DNA of 64,000 nucleotides from a virus, in IMG/VR virus record IMGVR_UViG_3300009086_000015, positions 5,567 through 69,566 of that record. The stretch is one strand, 5' to 3'. The notes beneath the pieces are model-generated. The model had not been told where the DNA came from and did not search any database. It saw only the letters and a program-made list of their open reading frames with translations. This document shows, piece by piece, positions 48,401-56,983 of the stretch (its first letter is position 1; each line of letters opens with the position of its first letter). Position numbers and translations under genes: made by a program.

Positions 48401-48702
48401 ACATCAAGGTTTCAGACATAAACCCAGAGTCAAATGATTTATTTGTAGACTACCTATATAGAAAGAAATATGACCTTGAAGAAGACGAGTATATTGTGGT
48501 AAACTTTACACCTTATACAACTAAGGCTGGCAAACAAATGAGCCACATAGTCCTTTCAGATAAAGATAAAAACCTAACTAGGGCCATCGCATTCCCAGCA
48601 ATGTATAAAATGACATTAGCAAAAATGCGTGAAGGAATGAAGTGCAAGGTTACGTTAGCTAAACTAGATGACGGAACATTAAATATAAAGGAGATAGCAT
48701 GA
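45433..48702 (+). CDS. dnaE: DNA polymerase III alpha subunit (family C)
   Basis: PHP domain HLHVHSYYSLMDG, AITDHG; GPGRGSAAGSLV, PDIDTD, HAAGVV, KLDALGL, YSFNRSHA. Confidence 0.97.
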   Translation: MSFTHLHVHSYYSLMDGLNSPKELCQAALDAGQTAIAITDHGTLSSHRDMQIAAKETGIKPILGVEAYISPTDRFDRSSKTDKSIQAYNHIILLAKNKKGLENINILQELAWNEGFYHKPRIDREVLNDYSEGIIVLSGCLNGLISKAIAKGNMEEAELLLKGFKQTFGQDFYVEVQSHNPMEINSALLELADKLKIKAVATGDAHFAKEEDRILEEALLILSTSPKVDKDTDFEMSRNMKDMLDRFNYLYPDRRISFQDMNLFIQSRSEIEADFNKAGINRTDIYENTMEIADKIGDYDFYQGLDLLPVPKTDADERLRELAEKGLERLQKASDPIYMERLDEELGIIAKKNFASYFLVVGDMINWAKENNIMVGPGRGSAAGSLVCYTLGITDVDPIKYDLLFFRFINEERNDFPDIDTDFEDRRRKEVKDYLKKKFKHVASISTYTYFKDKGVVRDAARVFMVPLQEVNRALKSVDTFEDFIDSPNTKEFRLRYPEVVWLADRLRGRIRSVGVHAAGVVVAKDDLRKFAPVESREDSQDKVSGRIPVVAYDMDTVADIGLIKLDALGLKTLSVISDTLQSIKERHGKTINLSEMPLDDKDVYKMLNDGYTKGVFQAEATPYTNLLIKMGVDKFEDLAASNALVRPGAMNTVGAAYINRKNGNEAVDYMHTIMKPFTENTYGVIIYQEQVMQACVHLGGMTWAEADKVRKIIGKKKDAKEFDQFKDKFVTGASEHITKKKAEALWHDFEAHAGYSFNRSHAVAYSMLSYYTAWLKTYYPLEFMFSVLKNENDKDARTEYLIEAKRLGLKVLLPHINESDVYFSLQENSVRFGLAEVKFISDSIANKIIERRPYNDYSDFIDKASKKGSGINSRAIAALNSIGGAAFNDNKRQGNEKDNYYEYLGIPTFNLEGIPPRIKAQAKPIEDFDDLGSFVMFGMVKSIKRGNGWARVELVDETGSVGLFHTEQTQIETGQMYFILVGDNRISRYIKVSDINPESNDLFVDYLYRKKYDLEEDEYIVVNFTPYTTKAGKQMSHIVLSDKDKNLTRAIAFPAMYKMTLAKMREGMKCKVTLAKLDDGTLNIKEIA

Positions 48703-48953
48703 CAGAAGAAAACATCCAAGTTTCAACTGCAGAAGAGGTTTTTGGAGCATTAAGTGTACCAAAGATTTTAATTGCAGCCTTGCAAACATTAGGAACAATT
48801 GTAGTGCCAACGGATGCATTTTTAAGTGCAGCCACCGAAGACCAAGAACTAAAGGTTGATTACAATTCAGATGATCAGACATTTACATTTACACTAAAGG
48901 AACAAGATGGATCAGGGAATAACAACAACGAGCTCATTACAGACTTCGAGTAA
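48699..48953 (+). CDS. Hypothetical protein
   Basis: RBS AAGGAG; overlaps the dnaE stop. Confidence 0.6.
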   Translation: MTEENIQVSTAEEVFGALSVPKILIAALQTLGTIVVPTDAFLSAATEDQELKVDYNSDDQTFTFTLKEQDGSGNNNNELITDFE

Positions 48954-49296
48954 TAGTCAAGAGCTTGTTACGGATTATGGGCTAGATGTGCTTGCTGCAC
49001 TTCTACATGAAACAGCAATTGAAAAAGGTTTCTGGAGTAGTCCAAAAAACTTTGATGTATTTGGAAACAAGATCGCCCTCATTCATTCAGAAGTAACAGA
49101 AGTTTTAGAAGCAATAAGAAAAAATAAAGGCTCTGAGCAAATTGTAGAAGAAATGGTTGATATTTTAATTAGAACTCTTGATCTATATGCTTCAATGAGA
49201 AATGCTGGTTTTGTAGAACATAGCCTTGATGAAATTCTATTTAACAAAATGGAAAAAAATAAGGTTCGCCCAAAGCTTCACGGCAATTTATTTTAA
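48907..49296 (+). CDS. MazG-like NTP pyrophosphohydrolase
   Basis: LIHSEVTEVLEAIRK...EEMVDILIR.LD...KMEKN..R acidic helical motif. Confidence 0.8.
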   Translation: MDQGITTTSSLQTSSNSQELVTDYGLDVLAALLHETAIEKGFWSSPKNFDVFGNKIALIHSEVTEVLEAIRKNKGSEQIVEEMVDILIRTLDLYASMRNAGFVEHSLDEILFNKMEKNKVRPKLHGNLF

Positions 49297-49305
49297 TGAT
49301 ATAAT
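49297..49305 (+). promoter_or_regulatory. Extended -10 promoter before recA
   Basis: TGaTATAAT. Confidence 0.6.
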
Positions 49306-49326
49306 TGTATAAAAGAGAGAGAATAA

Positions 49327-50331
49327 ATGACTATAGCGATTGATGAAATCCTAGCAGGATTAGATCCGAAAACAAGAGCAAGAGTAAAAGCAGCACAAGA
49401 TGTAAAAGTAGAAAAGCAAAAGACACCTAGCATTGGATTAAACATGGCATTAAAGGGTGGGCTTGGATACGGAAGACAGGTTCTTGTCTGGGGAAATAAA
49501 TCTGCAGGAAAGTCTTCATTCTGTTTACAGATGATTGCTCTTGCACAAAAAGAAGGAAAAACTTGTGCTTGGATTGATGCAGAGGCATCCTACGATCAAT
49601 CTTGGGCAGAGATGCTTGGAGTAGATTCTTCTTCCCTTATCTATTCCCCAGCAAAAACTGTAAACGATATGGTTGATGTTGCTACAAAGCTAATGGATGC
49701 TGGAGTAGACATAATTGTTGTCGATTCAATATCAGCATTGCTGCCAGCCATTTATTTTGAAAAAGATGGAAATGAAATGAAAGATTTGCAAGACACTAAG
49801 CAAATCGGCGCTGAAGCAAAGGATATGACCCACGCAGTCAAAATGTTAAACTATGCAAACAAAAACACACTACTGGTACTCATCTCACAGCAAAGAAATC
49901 AATTTGGATCTATGCATGCCTCCCACATACCGACAGGAGGAATGGCAGTCAAGTTCTTTTCTTCCACCGTCATTAAGCTTTGGTCTTCTGAAGCTGAAGC
50001 TAATGCTATCAAAGCAGGCATTAAAGTTGGTGACAAAATTATTGAACAAAGAGTTGGCAGACCTGTCAATTGGATTATTGATTACAACAAGCTCGGCCCC
50101 CCTAACCTATCTGGACAATACGACTTCTACTACCAAGGAGAATCACTTGGAGTAGATTTAGTTGGCGAAACATTAGACGTGGCGGAAATGGTTGGAGCGG
50201 TAGAAAAAGGTGGAGCCTGGTACACAGTTGATGGACAACGTTTACAAGGACGTGCAAAAGCAGTCTCATACCTAAGAGAGAACCCAAAAGTAGTAGAAAA
50301 ACTAATTGAGGAAATCAATGCCAAAAATTAA
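49327..50331 (+). CDS. recA: RecA/UvsX-like recombinase
   Basis: GGLGYGR, Walker A GNKSAGKS, WIDAE, IVVDSISAL, TGGMAVKF, GAWY. Confidence 0.93.
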   Translation: MTIAIDEILAGLDPKTRARVKAAQDVKVEKQKTPSIGLNMALKGGLGYGRQVLVWGNKSAGKSSFCLQMIALAQKEGKTCAWIDAEASYDQSWAEMLGVDSSSLIYSPAKTVNDMVDVATKLMDAGVDIIVVDSISALLPAIYFEKDGNEMKDLQDTKQIGAEAKDMTHAVKMLNYANKNTLLVLISQQRNQFGSMHASHIPTGGMAVKFFSSTVIKLWSSEAEANAIKAGIKVGDKIIEQRVGRPVNWIIDYNKLGPPNLSGQYDFYYQGESLGVDLVGETLDVAEMVGAVEKGGAWYTVDGQRLQGRAKAVSYLRENPKVVEKLIEEINAKN

Positions 50332-50509
50332 TGAATTCTTTAATAAGGAAGAGCCTAAGCAAATCAATTCTACATTTGAAGAGCTTACTGGTATTAGGCC
50401 ATGCTCAAGTTGTGAGTTAGATGTAGATGGTGGGTGGTGGGATCCCGAAAATTTAATTATGAAGTGGACCTGTTCTAATGGGCATGAAACAAAACATAGG
50501 GTTGGATAA
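50318..50509 (+). CDS. Small Zn-binding hypothetical protein
   Basis: CSSC...CSNGH. Confidence 0.6.
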   Translation: MPKINEFFNKEEPKQINSTFEELTGIRPCSSCELDVDGGWWDPENLIMKWTCSNGHETKHRVG

Positions 50510-50814
50510 TGTCAGAGAGAGCAGAAGTAAAAAGAGATGGAGCTAAAGCCCAGAAGAATTCAGGAAGAGGCGACTATCAAAAGGGTGACGCACAATGGAA
50601 AAAGTTTCTTGTGGATTACAAAGAAGCAGGAAAATCTTTTACATTAAACAAAGATAACTGGGCTAAGATCTGTACGGATACTTTTAAAGTAAACAGAGAC
50701 ATGCACCCAGCGCTAAAAATTATTATAGGAGCAGAGTCTAAAGTTAGACTAGGTATTATAGAGTGGTCAATTCTTGAAGAGTTGATCCAGTTTTATGAGG
50801 AGAATCATGATTAG
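50509..50814 (+). CDS. PD-(D/E)xK Holliday-junction-resolvase-like endonuclease
   Basis: SE...NSG.G..KGD...VDYKE pattern. Confidence 0.7.
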   Translation: MSERAEVKRDGAKAQKNSGRGDYQKGDAQWKKFLVDYKEAGKSFTLNKDNWAKICTDTFKVNRDMHPALKIIIGAESKVRLGIIEWSILEELIQFYEENHD

Positions 50815-50968
50815 AGAAGTATTCCTAACAACACTTACTGGCATGGGTGTAGGTGCAGTATTTAGCATATTTAAACTACCAGTACCAGCCCCACCAGTAT
50901 TTGCTGGCCTAATGGGTATTTTTGGTTTGTGGATGGGCTACGGATTAGTTCAAAGGATGTTGTCATGA
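50807..50968 (+). CDS. XapX-domain (DUF1427-like) small membrane protein (not in the ORF track)
   Basis: MIREVFLTTLTGMGVGAVFSIFKLPVPAPPVFAGLMGIFGLWMGY...: G..F....P.PAPP..AG..G..G...GY signature; RBS GAGGAG. Confidence 0.75.
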   Translation: MIREVFLTTLTGMGVGAVFSIFKLPVPAPPVFAGLMGIFGLWMGYGLVQRMLS

Positions 50969-51069
50969 CAATGTTTTTTATGGGATTGCTAGTTGGTCTT
51001 GTGGTTGGTTACGGACTAGGATTATTTATAGACAAGTGGGACAAGAGGATTAAAAATGGCAGAGGATAG
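50965..51069 (+). CDS. 34-aa single-pass membrane peptide (not in the ORF track)
   Basis: MTMFFMGLLVGLVVGYGLGLFIDKWDKRIKNGRG; ATGA overlap with the preceding ORF. Confidence 0.55.
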   Translation: MTMFFMGLLVGLVVGYGLGLFIDKWDKRIKNGRG

Positions 51070-51394
51070 AAACACACTTCAGTTAATTAGTGATATAACA
51101 GAGTTTAATGATCTTCATGAGTACATGCAGGATGAGCATTTAGACAAGGCTTTATCAATTGTTGTAAAGCTTTTGATGAACCCAGATGTTCCATCTGCTA
51201 AAGCCCCCATGCTTATTATGGAGCTTCAAGCAATGTCTACTAAGTTTGCCGTAATGTCTTCTGTGTATTCAACTATTGCTAAAGATAAAGCGGGAACTGT
51301 AAATAATAATAAAAAGAACGTTTACTATTCAGTAAAGGAGTCCATAGACAAACTTGTAGATGCACTTAAGTATGTCGTTAGGTACAACTCATAA
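51056..51394 (+). CDS. Hypothetical protein
   Basis: RBS GAGG; helical; coupled to the next gene. Confidence 0.65.
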   Translation: MAEDRNTLQLISDITEFNDLHEYMQDEHLDKALSIVVKLLMNPDVPSAKAPMLIMELQAMSTKFAVMSSVYSTIAKDKAGTVNNNKKNVYYSVKESIDKLVDALKYVVRYNS

Positions 51395-52185
51395 TGGGAA
51401 GAGATATTGTAAAGAACCTTAAGTTTAAGAAACATACTGGAAAGTTCTTTGACCCAGAAAAGTTTGCAGATCTTCTAGACGAGGCTTACAGAAATACAAA
51501 ACGTGCTGATGGGTCTATGACCAAAAAATCATTTAGCCCAAGCTCCCTTGGATATGGCCACGGCAAGTGTCCTAGATATTGGTACATGGCATTTTCTGGA
51601 GCAGTCTTTATTGATGATAACGATGCGGTTGCTGTTGCTAATATGGCACAAGGAACTCAGGCGCATGAGCGACTACAGAAGCTTATTTCTACTATGCCAG
51701 AGTGGAGAGCGGAAGAAGAAGAGATTATTAATGAGTATCCACCGATCAGAGGATTCATAGATCTTATTATGGAGTACGATGGCGAGACAGTAATTGGTGA
51801 AATAAAGACGGCAAAACAAGAGGTTTGGGATACACGTCAGTCAGAGATGAAATCTTCAGCAAACCACATGCTTCAGCTACTTACATACATGAAGTTAAAG
51901 AATGCCAAAGAGGGTTTCTTTTTGTATGAAAACAAGAACACGCAAGAGATACTTATTATTCCAATCTCAATGAATGATAAGAATAAGAAAATTATTGAGG
52001 ATGCATTCCTATGGATGCAAGAAGTATATGATAATTTTAAAAATGGAGATCTTCCAATGCGTCCAGCAGGTGCAACTAAATCAAAGATGCCATGCACATA
52101 CTGCCCAGTCAAGAAAGAATGCTATGATAAAACTGGCCCAATTGGAACTGTTCAAATAGAGTTATATGAGGCACCAGTTCTGTGA
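51394..52185 (+). CDS. Cas4-like/PD-(D/E)xK exonuclease
   Basis: SPS...CPR, G...HE, G.ID, EIKT, QL..Y, C.YC...C (Fe-S cysteines). Confidence 0.85.
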   Translation: MGRDIVKNLKFKKHTGKFFDPEKFADLLDEAYRNTKRADGSMTKKSFSPSSLGYGHGKCPRYWYMAFSGAVFIDDNDAVAVANMAQGTQAHERLQKLISTMPEWRAEEEEIINEYPPIRGFIDLIMEYDGETVIGEIKTAKQEVWDTRQSEMKSSANHMLQLLTYMKLKNAKEGFFLYENKNTQEILIIPISMNDKNKKIIEDAFLWMQEVYDNFKNGDLPMRPAGATKSKMPCTYCPVKKECYDKTGPIGTVQIELYEAPVL

Positions 52186-52460
52186 TCTGTTCAAATAAAG
52201 AGTGTTTAAAAGAATTTGATGCCAAGACTCATAATCAAAAATACTGTACCGATGAATGTTGCAGAATTGCAACAAACAAAAGAATAATGGAAAAGTACTA
52301 TGAAAAAAAGGCTATTAAAAATGGTGCTACCAGATTATGTAAATCTTGTAAATCTATGCTAAGTAGATACAATGATTCTAATGTTTGTTCTAAATGTGTC
52401 AATGGCAAAAAAGATAAGACAAAAAATAGAATTAAAGAGATAATTGATGAAATTAGCTAG
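52182..52460 (+). CDS. Cys-rich Zn-finger protein
   Basis: C....C, KYC...C, CKSC, CSKC. Confidence 0.65.
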   Translation: MICSNKECLKEFDAKTHNQKYCTDECCRIATNKRIMEKYYEKKAIKNGATRLCKSCKSMLSRYNDSNVCSKCVNGKKDKTKNRIKEIIDEIS

Positions 52461-53013
52461 CTTAGTTAAAACTAAAGCATATCGTGTTTTAGGTATCGAC
52501 GCTTCAACAAATTCAATTGCATTCTGTTTAATGGAAAATAATATACCATTAAAGTGGGGTAAAATTGATCTTGAGGGGATGAATATCTACGAAAAGATAT
52601 ACGATGCTAAGAAGAAGATGTCGACAATGCTTGATGAATTAAAGTCGGACTATATTGTTGTAGAAGGTGCCATACTTGTCAGATCACCCGATGCTGTGAT
52701 AAAATTATCATATGTCTACGGGGTTGTTATTGCTGAGCTTATGTCTACTGGCGCTTCAGTCATTACTATATCCCCTAGTGCTTGGCAAGCTTATATTGGA
52801 AACAAAAATCCTACCAAAGAAGAAAAAGCAGCGATTAGATTTAAAAATCCAGGATACGCAGACTCTTGGTATAAAAACCAATTAAGGAATATGCGTAAAC
52901 AAAGAACGGTAGACTACTTTAATAAAAAGTATAATCTAAGCATAACAGATTTTGATGTTGCAGATGCATTTGGCATTGCACACTATTCAAACGAGGAGCT
53001 AACAAAAAGATGA
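52447..53013 (+). CDS. ruvC: RuvC-like Holliday junction resolvase
   Basis: VLGIDAS, IVVEG, D.DVADAFGIA RNase-H-fold catalytic pattern. Confidence 0.85.
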   Translation: MKLASLVKTKAYRVLGIDASTNSIAFCLMENNIPLKWGKIDLEGMNIYEKIYDAKKKMSTMLDELKSDYIVVEGAILVRSPDAVIKLSYVYGVVIAELMSTGASVITISPSAWQAYIGNKNPTKEEKAAIRFKNPGYADSWYKNQLRNMRKQRTVDYFNKKYNLSITDFDVADAFGIAHYSNEELTKR

Positions 53014-53603
53014 GCCCAGACTGGAACGAAAAAAGCAATCAAGAAGAATTTGTAATAGAACTTTTAGGTGGCAAAAAGAATGGACATTATGTTGAGCAAG
53101 GTGCATTTCATTCTAAGAATGGAAGCAATACGTACAGACTAGAAAATGAATTTGATTGGAAAGGCGTTTCCTTTGAGATTGTACCAGAGTTTCATGAGGA
53201 AGTTGTAGCAAATAGAAAAAACCCTTGTGTACTTGGTGATGCAACTAAATTTGATTATATTAAATATTTTGAAGAAAACAATTTTCCAGAGCAAATCGAT
53301 TACTTGCAGGTAGATATTGATGGAGGATACACTGAAAAAGGATATCCTATTGGAAACCCATACCTTTCATTACATGGTCTAATTGCACTACCATTAAATA
53401 AATATAGATTTACTGTTATTACTTTTGAGCATGATGCAAATCTTGTTTTGAATAATGTAGCAATGCGTGATACACAAAGACAAATTTTAGATTCTCTTGG
53501 CTACGCCCTAGTTGTAAGAGATTATCATGAAGACTGGTGGGTTGATAGAAATGTAGTTAGCTACACAGACTACAAGCATCATTTTAGTTGGAATGCAATG
53601 TGA
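53010..53603 (+). CDS. FkbM-family (Methyltransf_21-like) SAM-dependent methyltransferase
   Basis: QEEFV...KNGHYVEQGA....GSNT..LE....W.G..E, IDYLQVDID, F.VITFEH, EDWWV. Confidence 0.72.
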   Translation: MSPDWNEKSNQEEFVIELLGGKKNGHYVEQGAFHSKNGSNTYRLENEFDWKGVSFEIVPEFHEEVVANRKNPCVLGDATKFDYIKYFEENNFPEQIDYLQVDIDGGYTEKGYPIGNPYLSLHGLIALPLNKYRFTVITFEHDANLVLNNVAMRDTQRQILDSLGYALVVRDYHEDWWVDRNVVSYTDYKHHFSWNAM

Positions 53604-53746
53604 AGCTATATCAGAGCAGAGATTGGCTACACCGAAGGTACGTAGTACAAAAGAAAACGGTTACAGAAATAGGTAAAGAGTGCGGAGTCTCTGCTATGAC
53701 TATACAGAGATATTTACAGGTATTTGGATTGTTGAGAAAAAAATGA
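53600..53746 (+). CDS. 48-aa HTH protein (not in the ORF track)
   Basis: VKLYQSRDWLHRRYVVQKKTVTEIGKECGVSAMTIQRYLQVFGLLRKK; GTGA/ATGA overlaps at both ends. Confidence 0.72.
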   Translation: MKLYQSRDWLHRRYVVQKKTVTEIGKECGVSAMTIQRYLQVFGLLRKK

Positions 53747-54087
53747 CAGGTTATCCTAATAAAAGTGGCGGCTACCAAGCATGGACAGCTGATCTACAGT
53801 TAATAGCAACAGATGCTCCATCTGGCAATAGAATCATGAGCGAATGTTTAGAAATTGCAGAGATGCTTATTAAAAAGAATATATCATATGGAGACTCAGC
53901 GCTTAGCCCAATGAGGCTATTTGCACAGTCAGACTCAGTTGAGCAGCTAAAGGTTAGAATTGATGATAAGCTAAATAGAATCAAAAATTCTCAGGGGTTT
54001 GCTGGAGATAATGATATTGATGACCTTATAGGTTACTTAATCCTATTAAGGATAGCCATGTCTAAGGTTGCAATTTCAGTCAACTAG
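53743..54087 (+). CDS. DUF1599/Nmad1-like (nucleotide-modification-associated) helical protein
   Basis: KKN.SYGDS...VRIDDKL.RI...DLIGY.IL motif. Confidence 0.7.
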   Translation: MTGYPNKSGGYQAWTADLQLIATDAPSGNRIMSECLEIAEMLIKKNISYGDSALSPMRLFAQSDSVEQLKVRIDDKLNRIKNSQGFAGDNDIDDLIGYLILLRIAMSKVAISVN

Positions 54088-54103
54088 AAGTATAATAAAC
54101 TAT

Positions 54104-54643
54104 ATGACTAATGAAATAGAACCAGCAGTTCATTTTGACCGCATGAATAAAGTGGTTGAAGAGTTGCTCAAAGGTAATTCCGCCACACAAATAGCAACTA
54201 TTACGGGGTTTTCACGTAAAGATGTTCTAGAGTTTATTGATGAGTGGAAGGGTGTTGTGCACAATGATAGCAACATCCGTGATCGTGCCAGAGAAGCAAT
54301 CTCTGGTGCTGATCAACACTACGCAATGCTTATTAAAGAAGCATGGAAGACTGTGGAAGACGCGGATACTCAAGGACAATTAAATGTAAAGGCGGGAGCA
54401 TTAAAGCTCATAGCAGACATAGAGACCAAAAGAATAGCAATGCTTCAATCTGTTGGTGTTTTAGAAAATACACAGATAGCATCTCAAATTGCAGAGACAG
54501 AGCGTAAGCAAGAAGTTTTAGTTGGAATTTTAAAAGAAGTAACAGCAACTTGTCCTAAGTGCAAGATGGAAGTTGCAAAAAGGCTATCTCAAATTACTGG
54601 TATAGTCGAATCAGTAATAATTGAGGAAGCTGATGTCGTTTGA
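54104..54643 (+). CDS. Putative terminase small subunit (N-terminal HTH)
   Basis: HTH (G.SATQIA..TG.SR..V) directly upstream of TerL. Confidence 0.6.
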   Translation: MTNEIEPAVHFDRMNKVVEELLKGNSATQIATITGFSRKDVLEFIDEWKGVVHNDSNIRDRAREAISGADQHYAMLIKEAWKTVEDADTQGQLNVKAGALKLIADIETKRIAMLQSVGVLENTQIASQIAETERKQEVLVGILKEVTATCPKCKMEVAKRLSQITGIVESVIIEEADVV

Positions 54644-56435
54644 TTTCTCAGATTTAATTGACATACTAGATGGCGAAGAGTTTGAAGAAAAGCCAGTAGA
54701 CCTACGCACATTTGTAAATCATCCAAACTTTTTAGGATTGCCTCCACTTTCTGAATACCAGTATACATTAATTGAAAAAAGCTCACAAATATATAAAGAG
54801 TCTACACTTAAAAAATTATTTGGAGACGAAGAAGGATCAATTAGATTTAAGCAAACTGCTAATGAAGTTGTAGCACAATTAGGAAAAGGTTCTGGAAAAG
54901 ACTACTGCTCTACAATTGCAGTTGCATATATAGTATATTTACTATTATGCCTAAAAGATCCAGCGACTTATTATGGCAAACCTCCTGGAGACTCAATTGA
55001 TATTATTAATATTGCGATTAACTCACAGCAGGCAAGCAATGTATTTTTTAAAGGCTTTAGAAGCCGCATAGACAAGTCCCCATGGTTTGTTGGAAAGTAC
55101 TATGCAAAAGCATCTGAAATACAGTTTGACAAGGCAATAACAGTTCACTCTGGCCACTCTGAGAGAGAGGCATGGGAAGGATATAACGTTATTGTTGTAA
55201 TCCTTGACGAAATCTCTGGCTTTGCAATTGAAAATACAACTGGCCACGACCAAGCAAAAACAGGCAGTGCGGTATATGATATGTACAGGGCATCAGTAGA
55301 TTCTCGTTTCCCAGACTTTGGCAAAGTAATATTGCTATCCTTTCCTAGATTTAAAAATGATTATATTCAGCAAAGATATGATGCAGTGATAGGTGAAAAA
55401 GAAACGGTAATTAGAGAACACAAATTTAAGATGTACGAGGAAATACCCGATGGAACAGAGGGGAATGAATTTGAAATACAATGGGAGGAAGACCATATCA
55501 TATCTTATAAGATACCTAAAGTATATGCTATTAAACGTCCGACTTGGGAGATCAACCCAGTTAGAAAAATTGACGACTTTAAAACAGCATTCTATACAAA
55601 CCCCACTGATGCTCTATCCAGATTCGCCTGTATGCCACCTGATGCGGTTGATGCATTTTTCAAATCAAGAGAAAAAGTAGAAAAGGCATTTAATGTAGGC
55701 TCAATTGCAGTTGATACTTTTGGTAGACTTGAGGAATGGTTTTTGCCAGACCCAGATAAAAAATACTATATACATGTTGACCTTGCTCAAAAACATGACC
55801 ATTGCGCTGTTACAATGGCACATGTTAACAAGTGGGTAAATGTAAAAGTCACAGACACCTATTCTCAGCCAGCCCCGATTGTTGAGGTTGATGCAGTTAG
55901 ATACTGGACCCCTACACCAGATAAGTCGGTTGATTTTACTGAAGTTAAGGACTACATATTGTCTCTAAAAACAAGAGGATTTAACATAGCAATATGTACT
56001 TTTGATAGATGGAACTCTCACGATATGATGCAACAGCTAAAGCAGTATGGCATAAACACAGAAATTCTTTCTGTTGCTAAAAAGCATTACGACGACATGG
56101 CTATGGTTGTTGCTGAAGAAAGATTAATCGGGCCGCACATATCATTGCTTATAGATGAGCTATGCCAGCTTAGAATTATGAGAGATAAAGTTGACCACCC
56201 TAGAAAAGGTTCCAAGGATCTTGCAGATGCTACATGCGGTGCCATATTTAATGCTATTAGCCGTACTAGATTTGATAACAATCAAGAAATAAATGTTCAT
56301 ACTTATGAATCAATGAGTTATGATAATGATTTTAAAAGAGATGAAGACGCAGAAACAAACTCATACAATATGATAAGGCCACCAAGGATGCCTGAAAATT
56401 TAAGAGACGCTATGGATAGGATGCAAATAATATGA
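54633..56435 (+). CDS. terL: Terminase large subunit
   Basis: Walker A GKGSGKD, Walker B VILDE, LLSFPR, nuclease HVDLA..D, TFDRW, DHP...SKDLADA. Confidence 0.92.
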   Translation: MSFDFSDLIDILDGEEFEEKPVDLRTFVNHPNFLGLPPLSEYQYTLIEKSSQIYKESTLKKLFGDEEGSIRFKQTANEVVAQLGKGSGKDYCSTIAVAYIVYLLLCLKDPATYYGKPPGDSIDIINIAINSQQASNVFFKGFRSRIDKSPWFVGKYYAKASEIQFDKAITVHSGHSEREAWEGYNVIVVILDEISGFAIENTTGHDQAKTGSAVYDMYRASVDSRFPDFGKVILLSFPRFKNDYIQQRYDAVIGEKETVIREHKFKMYEEIPDGTEGNEFEIQWEEDHIISYKIPKVYAIKRPTWEINPVRKIDDFKTAFYTNPTDALSRFACMPPDAVDAFFKSREKVEKAFNVGSIAVDTFGRLEEWFLPDPDKKYYIHVDLAQKHDHCAVTMAHVNKWVNVKVTDTYSQPAPIVEVDAVRYWTPTPDKSVDFTEVKDYILSLKTRGFNIAICTFDRWNSHDMMQQLKQYGINTEILSVAKKHYDDMAMVVAEERLIGPHISLLIDELCQLRIMRDKVDHPRKGSKDLADATCGAIFNAISRTRFDNNQEINVHTYESMSYDNDFKRDEDAETNSYNMIRPPRMPENLRDAMDRMQII

Positions 56436-56689
56436 ACGAATATCAAGAGATGGCCAAACAATGTAAATGCTGCACAAAACATGTGCCTATGCCAACTACA
56501 ATGAAAATGTATGATGGAATAATTGTATGTCCAACTACTTTACAAAATATAATAGAGTATAAAAAGATTTGGGAATCTTATGGACAAAGACCGATGGGTG
56601 GAATAAGAAAACATTTTTCTGAGTATGTGCAGCAGATTGTAGAGAATTCTATTGACAAAAATCAAGACGGTAGTATACAATACAACTAG
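56432..56689 (+). CDS. Hypothetical protein
   Basis: CKCC...CP; overlaps the terL stop. Confidence 0.55.
   Translation: MNEYQEMAKQCKCCTKHVPMPTTMKMYDGIIVCPTTLQNIIEYKKIWESYGQRPMGGIRKHFSEYVQQIVENSIDKNQDGSIQYN
56652..56681 (+). promoter_or_regulatory. Promoter for the tRNA cluster
   Basis: TTGACA-N18-TACAAT, 9 nt upstream of the first tRNA. Confidence 0.65.
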
Positions 56690-56763
56690 GTGCCAGTAGC
56701 TTAGTTGGTTAAAGCCCCGAACTCATAATTCGGTAATCGTAGGTTCAAGTCCTACCTGGCACA
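56690..56763 (+). tRNA. tRNA with CAT anticodon (elongator Met or Ile2)
   Basis: Acceptor GTGCCAG/CTGGCAC, anticodon arm CCGAA-CTCATAA-TTCGG, T arm GTAGG-TTCAAGT-CCTAC; lacks the initiator 3 G-C pairs; no encoded CCA. Confidence 0.9.
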
Positions 56764-56764
56764 C

Positions 56765-56836
56765 ACCTTTGTAGCTCAGCGGAAGAGCAACAGACTTCTA
56801 ATCTGTAGGTCGCTGGTTCGATCCCAGCCAGGGGTA
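56765..56836 (+). tRNA. tRNA-Arg(TCT)
   Basis: Acceptor ACCTTTG/CAGGGGT, anticodon arm ACAGA-CTTCTAA-TCTGT, T arm GCTGG-TTCGATC-CCAGC. Confidence 0.92.
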
Positions 56837-56837
56837 C

Positions 56838-56910
56838 GTTCCTATAGCTCAGCTGGTAGAGCAGCAGACTTTTAATCTGCGGGTCGATGGTTCGAGACCA
56901 TCTGGGGACA
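56838..56910 (+). tRNA. tRNA-Lys(TTT)
   Basis: Acceptor GTTCCTA/TGGGGAC, anticodon arm GCAGA-CTTTTAA-TCTGC, T arm GATGG-TTCGAGA-CCATC. Confidence 0.92.
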
Positions 56911-56983
56911 CTATTCTTTTAGATAACCAAAATGGTATAATATATATATCAAGTATTTTAAAATAAATAACATAGGAGAAAAA

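Noticed and set aside
51394-52185. CRISPR-Cas system suggested by the Cas4-like gene
   Set aside because: Stand-alone Cas4-like nucleases are common in phage recombination modules; no cas1/cas2 or array is present.
53680-53742. ORF-track N-terminal extension of 53680..54087
   Set aside because: It overlaps the better-supported HTH ORF 53600..53746; ATG 53743 gives ATGA coupling.
41989-56435. Inteins or introns in dnaB, dnaE, recA or terL
   Set aside because: Lengths are normal and no intein splice-junction motifs or homing-endonuclease inserts were seen.
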